From assembly GCA_964537475.1 (NCBI GenBank), contig CAZIBY010000008.1, positions 4,200 through 68,199 on the forward strand: a stretch of 64,000 bases of DNA, written 5' to 3'. The stretch comes from an uncultured Chitinophagaceae bacterium. Its GTDB lineage: Bacteria; Bacteroidota; Bacteroidia; Chitinophagales; LD1. The position numbers and the translations under genes were made by a program. This document shows positions 1-8,832 of this stretch, in pieces (position 1 is the stretch's first letter; every line of letters starts with the position of its first letter). Under the pieces are notes generated by a model, which did not search any database, was not told the DNA's origin, and worked only from the letters and a program-made list of their open reading frames with translations.

Positions 1-20
1 ACTGGCGTGGTAGGGCAAAT

Positions 21-46
21 AAAAAAGCCCGGCTATGACACCAGGC
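21..46 (-). terminator. candidate intrinsic terminator downstream of CDS 75..407
   Basis: On the minus strand: gcctgg-tgtcatag-ccgggc stem (one G.U pair) followed by TTTTTT (A-run 21-26 on the plus strand). Confidence 0.4.
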
Positions 47-74
47 CTTTCAGTCGACTTAAAACTATCTTGGA

Positions 75-407
75 TTACTTCACTCCGGCGTGGCGGGTGA
101 TAGTCTGAGATTCTACGTTACCGTTTGAGAGGGTATAGATGGTGATGGAGTAGGCCTCACCCTTTGCGAGAGTCGTTTCGTCAAAGTTGATATTGCTACC
201 ATAGCCACTGGCCAGCGTGCGGCCCTCAGTGCTTTTTACATCATAGTTGATCAGTGCATCTGCTACAGGACCCTCAGAGCCTGTGGCTGCGATGTGGAAA
301 GTCTTGGCGTCTACCTGGGTACACTCTACGCTGACCATAGAGGCCGCGCTGGCAAAGAAGCTAGAGGCAGCAAAAGCTGCTACAAACAGGGCTCGTGTTA
401 CTTTCAT
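75..407 (-). CDS. small secreted hypothetical protein
   Basis: 110-aa ORF with an N-terminal signal-peptide-like segment (MKVTRALFVAAFAASSFFASAAS). No recognisable domain. Confidence 0.5.
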   Translation of the reverse strand: MKVTRALFVAAFAASSFFASAASMVSVECTQVDAKTFHIAATGSEGPVADALINYDVKSTEGRTLASGYGSNINFDETTLAKGEAYSITIYTLSNGNVESQTITRHAGVK

Positions 408-527
408 TCTTGTTGTTTTTTGATTGTTTTTTACGCACCGGTGATTGAAAGGTTACGAAGAAAGGTCAAAAAGCAATTGCCGGTTGTTAATTAACAAATA
501 GATAAAATCCAACTATTTACAACCGGA

Positions 528-1304
528 TTAACCGATTTTCTGCACCAGGATCGAGCTGGTATCCAGCTTGAGAGAGAGCATGTTAGCAGCGTTATATTTA
601 TTGAGGGCTATCTCCAGCCGCTGCTCTCCGTTGAAGAGGGCCAGCAGTTCCCCTTCGTCTACCTCGCCGTAGTGGCGGCACAGCCTGTTGATCTCATAGA
701 TACCAAACTCAATGCGTACCCGGCTGTCACCTATGCACTGGTCATAGATAGGCCGGGTGATGTTAGTCACGGCATTGCCATATTGATCAAAGTAGATCAC
801 AGTACCTTTGATAAAGCCCGCAGAGTGCTGCGGTATCATGAGCCGCTGGCTGCGCACCTGCTGGATGCGGTGGCCTATGATGGCCAGGCCGAGACCGGAG
901 GTGATAGCATTGATGATATTAGTGATGCCTTCGGCAAAGAGCATGTTGGAGCTTTCACTCACGTCGTCATTGATCAGGTAGGTCTCGGGCGGCACCGTAT
1001 CAAAGAGTAGTGTGATCGCGCCATTATCAAAGAAGATGAAGTACTGCTCGTGATGGTGCACGCAGAGCATCCGGCCTTTGCTCTCCGGAGAGTTCACATT
1101 CATCACATGTATGGTGCCCTTTGGGTAATATGGATACGCATGGCGCAATACGTGTGCAGCCTGGCGCAGTTTGAATGGCGTGATGCGTGTAGCGATATCT
1201 ACTAGCTGTATGTCTATGCAGCGGGAGAGGAGTGCTCCCTTCAGCGCGCCGAGGTAGTAGTCGGACTCGCCCATGTCGGTAGTGATGGTGACGATCTGTT
1301 TCAC
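528..1304 (-). CDS. SAM hydrolase / SAM-dependent halogenase family protein (DUF62)
   Basis: N-terminus VTITTDMGESDYYLGALKGALL and overall length match the S-adenosyl-L-methionine hydroxide adenosyltransferase family pattern. Confidence 0.7.
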   Translation of the reverse strand: MKQIVTITTDMGESDYYLGALKGALLSRCIDIQLVDIATRITPFKLRQAAHVLRHAYPYYPKGTIHVMNVNSPESKGRMLCVHHHEQYFIFFDNGAITLLFDTVPPETYLINDDVSESSNMLFAEGITNIINAITSGLGLAIIGHRIQQVRSQRLMIPQHSAGFIKGTVIYFDQYGNAVTNITRPIYDQCIGDSRVRIEFGIYEINRLCRHYGEVDEGELLALFNGEQRLEIALNKYNAANMLSLKLDTSSILVQKIG

Positions 1305-1415
1305 GCGGTATGCTGCATGCTACAAATATATTGTATCGGCCAGAAGGACTAGGTGGACAACTTGTGGGAAAGTGGATAGCGTGACCTGATTAGCCGACAC
1401 TAATATTGTTATAGA

Positions 1416-2387
1416 TTGCAAATACTAAAAACGCAGCACTTGACAGAAATTTCAATTCACATAGACGGTATAGACCCGCTGGATTTCTTCGGGGTCAATA
1501 ATTCCAAGTTTAACCTTCTCAAAAAGTCTTTCCCTACCCTACGAATGGTCTCCCGCGGCAATACGATCAAGGCCGAGGGTATAGATGACGACCTGAGCAT
1601 CTTTCGCGACAAGGTAGACCGCATGGTAGCCCACGTAGAGCGCCATGGCAAACTGACCGAGGATATGATGGAGCGTATCCTCACCGGCGAAGAAAAAGAA
1701 GTGCCGGGCGATAAAGAGATCAAGAACGTCATCGTTCACGGCAATAACGGCCATATCATCCGCGCCCGTACGGCCAATCAGCAGCACATGGTGACGGAGT
1801 GCGAGAAGAATGACATGCTCTTTGCCATAGGCCCTGCCGGTACCGGCAAGACCTATACAGCAGTAGCACTGGCTGTCAAGGCGCTAAAGGAAAAGACCGT
1901 GCGCAAGATCATCCTGACGCGCCCCGCTGTAGAGGCGGGCGAGAACCTCGGCTTCCTGCCAGGAGATCTCAAGGAGAAGATAGACCCCTATCTGCGCCCG
2001 CTCTATGATGCCCTGGAGGATATGATCCCTATGGACAAGCTGGCCTACTATATGCAGAACCGCGTGATAGAAGTAGCGCCGCTGGCCTTCATGCGTGGGC
2101 GTACACTGGATTACTCCTTTATCCTGCTGGATGAGGCGCAGAATGCTACCTCACCACAGCTCAAGATGTTCCTGACCCGTATCGGGCCAAACTCTAAATG
2201 TATCATCACAGGCGACCCTACCCAGATAGACCTGCCGCGTGCGCATGAATCCGGCCTGCCGGTAGCCCTGCGCATACTGAAAGATATCAATGGTATCTCT
2301 ATGATCCACCTCAACGACTCAGACGTAGTACGACACAGGCTGGTACGCGAGATCATCAAGGCGTATGATACGCTGAAGAAGGATTGA
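1416..2387 (+). CDS. phoH: PhoH family ATPase
   Basis: Walker A GPAGTGKTY, LLDEAQN Walker B region, and the typical PhoH C-terminal ITGDPTQIDLP. The start is a TTG at 1416, so it is uncertain. Confidence 0.9.
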   Translation: MQILKTQHLTEISIHIDGIDPLDFFGVNNSKFNLLKKSFPTLRMVSRGNTIKAEGIDDDLSIFRDKVDRMVAHVERHGKLTEDMMERILTGEEKEVPGDKEIKNVIVHGNNGHIIRARTANQQHMVTECEKNDMLFAIGPAGTGKTYTAVALAVKALKEKTVRKIILTRPAVEAGENLGFLPGDLKEKIDPYLRPLYDALEDMIPMDKLAYYMQNRVIEVAPLAFMRGRTLDYSFILLDEAQNATSPQLKMFLTRIGPNSKCIITGDPTQIDLPRAHESGLPVALRILKDINGISMIHLNDSDVVRHRLVREIIKAYDTLKKD

Positions 2388-2409
2388 GCAGAATAGGCAG
2401 AAATGATCT

Positions 2410-2437
2410 GAATCAGAATTTGCAGGATTTTAGAATT
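2410..2437. repeat. left arm of the inverted repeat bracketing GxxExxY gene 1
   Basis: gaatcagaatttgcaggattttagaatt. Its reverse complement matches 2885..2912 at 26/28. Both mismatches are G (left) against T (right), which gives G.U pairs in the sense RNA. Confidence 0.85.
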
Positions 2438-2463
2438 GATAGAATTAATGCAGATCAGGGGAG

Positions 2464-2859
2464 ATGGAGAAGGATGAACTAACCTATACTGTCATAGGCT
2501 GCGCCATGGCTGTGTATAATAAGTTAGGTAATGGGTTCCAGGAAGTCATCTATCAGCGGTGCTTAGCCATCGAATTAGGAAAGACAAAACTGAATTTTGC
2601 ACGTGAGATAGAGCACCCTATCTTTTACGATGATATGGAGGTAGGTACCAGAAGAGCCGATTTTATCATAGAGGGTAAATTGGTGGTCGAACTAAAGGCT
2701 ATAATCAATCTTGAAGATGTACACCTGGCTCAAGCCAAAAATTATCTTGTAGCATACCAGTTTCAAAAGGGACTTCTTATTAATTTCGGCGCGACAAGCT
2801 TGCAGTACAAACTAATATTTAATAATAATAGCCAATACAAAGCGGCGACAAAAATCTGA
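2464..2859 (+). CDS. GxxExxY family protein (PD-(D/E)XK nuclease-like fold)
   Basis: GNGFQEVIY matches the GxxExxY motif. ADFII...VVELK gives a D..ExK nuclease-type motif. Length is 131 aa. Confidence 0.85.
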   Translation: MEKDELTYTVIGCAMAVYNKLGNGFQEVIYQRCLAIELGKTKLNFAREIEHPIFYDDMEVGTRRADFIIEGKLVVELKAIINLEDVHLAQAKNYLVAYQFQKGLLINFGATSLQYKLIFNNNSQYKAATKI

Positions 2860-2884
2860 TGCCGGTAGGTTGTATTATTCTGTA

Positions 2885-2912
2885 AATTCTAAAATTCTGT
2901 AAATTCTGATTC
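2885..2912. repeat. right arm of the inverted repeat bracketing GxxExxY gene 1
   Basis: aattctaaaattctgtaaattctgattc. Partner of 2410..2437. ATTCT recurs every 8-9 nt. Confidence 0.85.
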
Positions 2913-2917
2913 CCACA

Positions 2918-3862
2918 ATGTCAGCTATAAAGGATACTCAATTCAATTTTCCCGGCCAGACGGATGTCTATCACGGCAAAGTCCGCGATGTCTATTTTCT
3001 AAAAGATAAATTGATAGCTGTCGCTTCAGACCGTATCTCGGCTTTCGATCACATCCTGCCGAAGCCTATACCCTACAAAGGGCAAGTGCTGAATCAGATC
3101 GCAGCCTACTTTCTCAATGCGACACGCGATATCTGCCCCAACTGGCTGGAGGCCACACCGGACCCCAATGTTTCTATAGGCAAGAAGTGCGAGCCTATAC
3201 GGGTGGAGATGGTGATACGCGGCTACCTGGCAGGCCATTCAGCGCGTGAGTATAAGCTGGGCAAGCGTACGCTCTGCGGAGTAGCGCTGCCGGAGGGGAT
3301 GAGGGAGAATGATAAATTTCCTACACCTATCATCACGCCTGCGGCGAAAGCTATGGAAGGCCATGATGAAGATGCCAGTCGTGAAGAGATACTGGCCAAG
3401 AAGATCGTGACGCCTGAGCAATATGCGAAAATGGAGCAGTACACCTATGGGCTCTTTGCGCGGGGTACGGAGATGGCTGCCAGACAGGGCCTGATACTGG
3501 TAGATACCAAGTATGAGTTTGGCCTGTACAATGGGGAGGTATACCTGATAGATGAGATCCATACGCCGGACTCATCACGCTACTTTTATGCAGAGGGCTA
3601 TGCCGGGCGCCAGGCTGCGGGTGAGCCACAGAAGCAGCTCTCCAAAGAATTTGTACGAGAGTGGCTGATGGCAAACAATTTTGCCGGTAAAGATGGCCAG
3701 ACCATGCCATTCATGCCGGATGATTTTGTGCATACCATCACGGAGCGCTATATAGAGCTGTATGAGCGTGTGACGGGACAGAAGTTTCAGCATGCGGATA
3801 ATTCTGATATCCAGTCGCGCATAGAGAGCAACGTGAAAAAATACCTCGAGTCCGGTATTTAG
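2918..3862 (+). CDS. purC: phosphoribosylaminoimidazole-succinocarboxamide synthase (SAICAR synthase)
   Basis: Long-form PurC signature: [28 protein letters not shown]. Confidence 0.92.
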   Translation: MSAIKDTQFNFPGQTDVYHGKVRDVYFLKDKLIAVASDRISAFDHILPKPIPYKGQVLNQIAAYFLNATRDICPNWLEATPDPNVSIGKKCEPIRVEMVIRGYLAGHSAREYKLGKRTLCGVALPEGMRENDKFPTPIITPAAKAMEGHDEDASREEILAKKIVTPEQYAKMEQYTYGLFARGTEMAARQGLILVDTKYEFGLYNGEVYLIDEIHTPDSSRYFYAEGYAGRQAAGEPQKQLSKEFVREWLMANNFAGKDGQTMPFMPDDFVHTITERYIELYERVTGQKFQHADNSDIQSRIESNVKKYLESGI

Positions 3863-5277
3863 TATTTGTGAGCTACGATCACTACGTCGCCGGTCTTGGC
3901 ATTATCGTCAGCATCTGAGAAGGCATCCATGACCAGGTAGAATGCTACCTGCCCTGTGCAGGAGGCCGTGATCACCGTCTGGATCGATACAGATTGATAC
4001 TCGTCGCGGTCATTGTCAAAATTTTCATCCTGATAGGTATTGTAGAGGTTCACTGTGCCACAAGATCCAGTCTGCACAAATCCGAACTGCACGTCGTCAT
4101 TGCCACTACCACCGGTAAACTTGAATTTGAATGTGGCCGTCACTACTACGATGTCTCCCGCATCCACATTCAGGCTGCTGGTAGAGTTGCTGGCTGTGGT
4201 CCATGTGGTAAGGCTACTGGAGTAGCTGCGCTCGGTCCGGTCTATCACATAGGCTACCTGATTTGGCATGTGGATCGTGTTGCCGTTGGACCCGGAGCCT
4301 GGCAGTCTCATGTCACCGTCCGCCTCCAGCGTCAGCTCCAGTCCGCTGGAGCCTGAGTTAGTACCGCTCAGTACACGCATCGTACCTTGATAGTTGTCTA
4401 TAAACCATGCCTGCGTGTATGCGGTGCCGGAGTTGAGTTGTAGCTGGCCACCCTCACTGCTGCCGGTGCTGACGGTAGCGCCTAGTACCAGATTTGACTC
4501 TGATGGTATGGTAGTGGCACCTATACCCACATTACCATTGTTGCTGATGCGCATCGCCTCGGTAGTGGTAGCACTATTGGCGGTAGATGTATTGCCCACC
4601 TCAAAGACGATCGATCCGTTATTGGAGCCCATATCCAGCGCACCTATACGGGCCGATACCCCTGCCGTACTGGCATAGGTCAGAAAGTCGATGTACGCTT
4701 TATTGCCTGCACTGCCTATAGAGCTGGATACTTTCAGAATGTCTGTAGCGTTGGCATAGATCTCTGCCGGCGTGGCCGGTGTGGCCGTGCCTATACCTAC
4801 ATTGCCGCCGCTGAGTATGCGCATGCGCTCTTTGTCACTCGTACCAAAGACGAGGGCCTTGGCGTCTGTAGTGCCTATGAAGTTTTCAGTACTGCCTATC
4901 GTACTCGTGCCATAGGTAGCAGGCGCTGCAGGTGCGTTGATGCCACTATTCCCCAGCAGGTTCCAGTCTTTGTTGGTATTGTCGTCCAGCTTGATCCAGC
5001 CGGATCCATTCCAGTAGTAGTAGCCGGGAGTCACGTTGGTAGGGTAGGTGCCTGTAGTAGCGGTATTGTAGATCAGTGTAGAGGTAGCGGGTGATGTGAT
5101 AGGCGAGGCTGTAGTGGTAGCAGTGAGTGCTACCCTCGGGATCATCACGCCGCTATTGGTAGAGGTGATCTCCAGTTTAGCCGAGGGAGTGGTGGTACCG
5201 ATACCCACATTCTGAGCACGGATCGTATCAAACCCGCAGGCTAAGAATATGGACAGGGCAATTATTACTCGTTTCAT
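3859..5277 (-). CDS. secreted repeat protein with tail-fibre-like GNVGIGT motifs
   Basis: Signal peptide [15 protein letters not shown] from the internal Met at 5277. There are three copies of (Q/G)NVGIG(T/A)T(T/A/I)P followed by a Thr/Ser/Gly-rich region. The 3' end overlaps the purC stop by 4 nt (convergent). Confidence 0.6.
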   Translation of the reverse strand: MKRVIIALSIFLACGFDTIRAQNVGIGTTTPSAKLEITSTNSGVMIPRVALTATTTASPITSPATSTLIYNTATTGTYPTNVTPGYYYWNGSGWIKLDDNTNKDWNLLGNSGINAPAAPATYGTSTIGSTENFIGTTDAKALVFGTSDKERMRILSGGNVGIGTATPATPAEIYANATDILKVSSSIGSAGNKAYIDFLTYASTAGVSARIGALDMGSNNGSIVFEVGNTSTANSATTTEAMRISNNGNVGIGATTIPSESNLVLGATVSTGSSEGGQLQLNSGTAYTQAWFIDNYQGTMRVLSGTNSGSSGLELTLEADGDMRLPGSGSNGNTIHMPNQVAYVIDRTERSYSSSLTTWTTASNSTSSLNVDAGDIVVVTATFKFKFTGGSGNDDVQFGFVQTGSCGTVNLYNTYQDENFDNDRDEYQSVSIQTVITASCTGQVAFYLVMDAFSDADDNAKTGDVVIVAHKY

Positions 5278-5484
5278 AATTATTTTATTTATATGTATAC
5301 TGTATTTAATGTATTGGTAATGAGCAAAGTGCAAGATATGTCTTTCTTAAAATATAGCTAAAGTATTTAGGTAGTCTCTCGGCTAATGCAGTTGGTATTG
5401 GTATAAATCATTGGTATTTAACTATATTTTCTTTTGCGTCCTCTATCATATTTTCCCTTAATTTGAACTGTCAACAGCATTAGA

Positions 5485-7347
5485 TTGAAAATCCTCGGCA
5501 TCTCAGCTTACTATCACGACTCTGCTGCTGCACTCACTGTAGATGGGCAGATCATAGCTGCTGTGCAGGAGGAGCGCTTTACCCGTATCAAGCACGATGA
5601 TAGTTTCCCTATTCACGCAGTACGCTACTGCCTGGAGTATGCGGGTCTGACCATAGATCAGCTGGATGCTGTAGTGTTTTATGACAAGCCATTTATCAAG
5701 TTTGAGCGGCTCATAGAGACCTACTATAGCTATGCACCTAAGGGGATCATATCATTTCTGAAGGCGATGCCTATATGGATGAGAGAGAAGCTCTTTCTGC
5801 GCAATATCATCAAGGATGAACTGGAGGAGGTGATGGAGTATGACCGCAAGAAAGTCAAGATACTTTTCCCCGAGCATCATCTCTCTCATGCCGCCAGCGC
5901 CTTTTACCCATCTCCCTATCAGGATGCTGCGATACTCACTATAGACGGAGTGGGAGAGTGGGCTACTGCGTCCATCTCTCAGGGCCAAGGCAGCGATATC
6001 ACCGTGCTCAAGGAATTACACTTCCCGGACTCCGTCGGGTTGCTATATTCTGCATTTACCTACTACCTGGGCTTTAAGGTCAATAGCGGGGAGTACAAGC
6101 TCATGGGCCTGGCACCATACGGTATAGACGGTTCTGAGCGGGTCGAGCATTTCAAAAAGATCATCTGCGAGAAACTGGTAAAGATCAGTGACGATGGCTC
6201 GATACGGCTGGACCAGCAATACTTTGATTATGCTGTGGGATTGCGCATGGCTCGTGATGTACGCTGGACTGATCTGTTCGGTTTCAAAAGGCGCAAGAAG
6301 GAAGATGAGCCATTGACTCAGGCGCACTGCGATCTGGCGCTGGCCATACAGCAGGTCACAGAGGACATCGTGCTCAAAATGGCCGCTGAGGCCAAACGCC
6401 TGACGGGGTCTGACAATATCTGCCTGGCTGGCGGCGTAGCGCTGAACTGTGTAGCCAATGGTAAACTCCTCAGGCAGGGGACATTTAAAAATATATGGAT
6501 ACAGCCGGCTGCCGGTGATGCCGGTGGCGCACTGGGCGCAGCCCTGGCCGCGGAGTACATCTATGCAGGCACGGCACGTACTACTGATGGGCAGCATGAT
6601 GGTATGCAGGGAGCATATCTGGGCCCTGCCTATACAGATGAAAACATCCAAGCAGTACTCAGTAAGTACAAAGCCATCTCTACGCACTATCTCACTACAG
6701 AAAGCCTCTGTAATGCTGTGGCAGAACTGATAGAGCTGGGCATGGTGGTGGGCTGGTATCAAGGCAGAGCGGAGTTTGGACCAAGGGCTCTGGGCAACAG
6801 GACTATCCTGGCCGACCCGCGCAACGGCGAGATGCAGCAAAAGCTGAACCTGAAGATCAAATACCGCGAAGGCTTCCGTCCGTTCGCTCCGAGTGTGCTG
6901 GCAGAAGATGTGGCTGAGTACTTTGACCTGGACGGTGAGTCGCCGTATATGCTGCTGGTGGCTGATGTGAATAGTAATATAAGGAAGCCCGTATCCCCGG
7001 GATATGCCGGCAAGCCGATGATGGAGCGCCTATATACGGAGCGCTCCACCCTGCAGTCTGTCACGCACGTAGATTTCTCGGCCAGGGTACAGACTGTGAG
7101 CAGGGAGACAAATCCGCTGTATCACCAGTTGCTAAGTGCATTTAAGGCTAAAACAGGCTGCGGCGTACTGGTCAATACAAGTTTCAATGTCAGGGGTGAG
7201 CCGCCGGTACTCACGCCGGAAGATGCCTTGCTGTGCTTCATGCATACCGAGATGGATGTGCTGGTACTGGGCTCCTATATATTGCTGAAATCTGAGCAAC
7301 CGGATATGAGTAGTACCTTACCGAAAAAACGATTTAAATTAGACTAA
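5485..7347 (+). CDS. carbamoyltransferase (NodU/CmcH family)
   Basis: N-terminus (M)KILGISAYYHDSAAAL, the family hallmark. Length is 620 aa. The TTG start sits exactly at the canonical Met position. Confidence 0.9.
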   Translation: MKILGISAYYHDSAAALTVDGQIIAAVQEERFTRIKHDDSFPIHAVRYCLEYAGLTIDQLDAVVFYDKPFIKFERLIETYYSYAPKGIISFLKAMPIWMREKLFLRNIIKDELEEVMEYDRKKVKILFPEHHLSHAASAFYPSPYQDAAILTIDGVGEWATASISQGQGSDITVLKELHFPDSVGLLYSAFTYYLGFKVNSGEYKLMGLAPYGIDGSERVEHFKKIICEKLVKISDDGSIRLDQQYFDYAVGLRMARDVRWTDLFGFKRRKKEDEPLTQAHCDLALAIQQVTEDIVLKMAAEAKRLTGSDNICLAGGVALNCVANGKLLRQGTFKNIWIQPAAGDAGGALGAALAAEYIYAGTARTTDGQHDGMQGAYLGPAYTDENIQAVLSKYKAISTHYLTTESLCNAVAELIELGMVVGWYQGRAEFGPRALGNRTILADPRNGEMQQKLNLKIKYREGFRPFAPSVLAEDVAEYFDLDGESPYMLLVADVNSNIRKPVSPGYAGKPMMERLYTERSTLQSVTHVDFSARVQTVSRETNPLYHQLLSAFKAKTGCGVLVNTSFNVRGEPPVLTPEDALLCFMHTEMDVLVLGSYILLKSEQPDMSSTLPKKRFKLD

Positions 7348-7358
7348 AAATATAGCTG

Positions 7359-7508
7359 ATGGAGTTTCTGAAAGAACTATGGGATTTTCTGAAGGTAAGG
7401 AAGAAATGGTGGCTGCTGCCGATCGTGATCGTACTGCTGCTCATAGGTGTGCTGATAGTGATAGGGGGCAACTCTGCTGTAGCACCATTTGTCTATCCTA
7501 TGTTCTGA
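7359..7508 (+). CDS. small membrane protein, DUF5989-like (not in the supplied ORF track)
   Basis: Hand-translated 49 aa: MEFLKELWDFLKVRKKWWLLPIVIVLLLIGVLIVIGGNSAVAPFVYPMF. It has a single TM helix and lies between the carbamoyltransferase and SxtJ-like genes, as in the known triad. Confidence 0.6.
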   Translation: MEFLKELWDFLKVRKKWWLLPIVIVLLLIGVLIVIGGNSAVAPFVYPMF

Positions 7509-7511
7509 TCG

Positions 7512-7871
7512 ATGACCAAGAAGCGCAAAGAGCAGTATAAGGCACTCGCCATCATCTGGGCCGGCTTCACGCTGATAGGCTGGCGGCTGCATCAGCCCTG
7601 GCTGATGGTAGCAGCGGGTGTCGTACTGGTGGCTGGTATTGCGTCTCCGTGGATACTGGATAAAGTAACCTCCGGGTGGAAATGGATAGGAGAGCAGATA
7701 GGTGCTGTGACCAGCCGTATCATACTCGGTGTTGTGTTTGTAGTGTTTCTCTCGCCCATCGCATTTTTTTATCGGCTATCGGCTCGTGGCAAGAAGAAAG
7801 GCACTCCCGGTAGTTTCTTTGTGGAAAGAAATCACAAGTATACTGCCGCTGACCTCGAAAAACTTTTTTAG
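7512..7871 (+). CDS. SxtJ family membrane protein
   Basis: 119 aa with 2-3 TM segments. Its position after the carbamoyltransferase and small membrane ORF is typical of SxtJ-like genes. Confidence 0.65.
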   Translation: MTKKRKEQYKALAIIWAGFTLIGWRLHQPWLMVAAGVVLVAGIASPWILDKVTSGWKWIGEQIGAVTSRIILGVVFVVFLSPIAFFYRLSARGKKKGTPGSFFVERNHKYTAADLEKLF

Positions 7872-7900
7872 TATTATCGCTTCAATATATCTCCCCGTAC

Positions 7901-8413
7901 ATGCCCAAATTTAATGTCGCCGCCAGAGTGCGCCGCGCCCATCAGAAGAAAAAAGGCCTGGCCCTCTTCCTGAAAAGGCTATCCCGCAAGAAGCCAAAGA
8001 ATCTACAAAAGATGCTGAAGCAGGCCGATCAGGCAGCATGGCAGGAGGTGGCCTGCCTGGAGTGTGCCAACTGCTGCAAGACCATGACGCCTACCTTTAC
8101 CAGGCCAGAGGTCAAGCGCATAGCGGAGCGTGTAGGTATGACATTCGATCAATACTTTGACAAGTACCTGACAGTAGACGAAGACAACGGCGATATCGTC
8201 AATAAAAAACAACCCTGCCAGCATCTGGGCCGGGACAATAAATGCCGCGTATATGATATCCGCCCCGGAGATTGCAGCGGGTTCCCGCATCATGTACGCA
8301 GGGACTTTTATCATCAGGTCAGTGAGAAGCTATACATCAATAACTCGCCGCGTTGTCCTGCTACGCTCAGCTTTCTGGAAAATCTGGAGCGTGTGGTGGC
8401 TGAAAACGCCTGA
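7901..8413 (+). CDS. YkgJ family cysteine-cluster protein
   Basis: CLECANCC (CxxCxxCC) near the N-terminus and a second Cys cluster (CQHLGRDNKCRVY...C). Confidence 0.7.
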   Translation: MPKFNVAARVRRAHQKKKGLALFLKRLSRKKPKNLQKMLKQADQAAWQEVACLECANCCKTMTPTFTRPEVKRIAERVGMTFDQYFDKYLTVDEDNGDIVNKKQPCQHLGRDNKCRVYDIRPGDCSGFPHHVRRDFYHQVSEKLYINNSPRCPATLSFLENLERVVAENA

Positions 8414-8477
8414 CTTAAATCATAAAATCGGCGGACGATTAGATAATGGGGATGAAAGTCCGCATTCTTCCCGAAAA

Positions 8478-8567
8478 AAACTTGCAACTATGAGTACACT
8501 CCTTATATTTGCATTACGTTTTCATAGGTTCAAAGTGGTCATCTCGAAAGAGGTGGCCATTTTTTTT
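8478..8567 (+). promoter_or_regulatory. promoter-like box plus short hairpin-terminated unit, copy 1
   Basis: TTG at 8482-8484, then a 19-nt spacer, then TATATTTG at 8504-8511 (exact TAnnTTTG). A 10-bp stem 8536-8545/8550-8559 has a GAAA loop and is followed by T8. Confidence 0.45.
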
Positions 8568-8633
8568 GCATAGAATCGTGCAGTAAGCTTTTGTGATAAC
8601 GCTTTTTTAAAAAAATGTAAAAATAGATGTCCG

Positions 8634-8727
8634 AACTTGCAAAAGAGTCATCTTGATTCCTATATTCGTACTACGTTTTCATAGGTTCAAAGTGGTCATC
8701 TCGAAAGAGGTGGCCATTTTTATTTTT
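8634..8727 (+). promoter_or_regulatory. promoter-like box plus short hairpin-terminated unit, copy 2
   Basis: TTG at 8637-8639 and TATATTCG at 8661-8668. The core 8672-8720 (tacgttttcataggttcaaagtggtcatctcgaaagaggtggccatttt) is identical to 8515-8563. Hairpin 8693-8716 is followed by a T-run. Confidence 0.45.
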
Positions 8728-8832
8728 AGCCGGTCTTATTCTTCCCCTCACTACTTATCTACAATATATCTACCGATGGTCGGCCATTTGGGGGATTTTG
8801 TGATATTTACGCCCGTATCAAAGTGAATTGAA

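Noticed and set aside
8253-8573. A 106-aa ORF overlapping the ykgJ-like gene end and running through the first promoter/hairpin module.
   Set aside because: It overlaps the ykgJ-like gene out of frame. Its 3' part is the hairpin/T-run. The peptide is not conserved in the second copy of the module.
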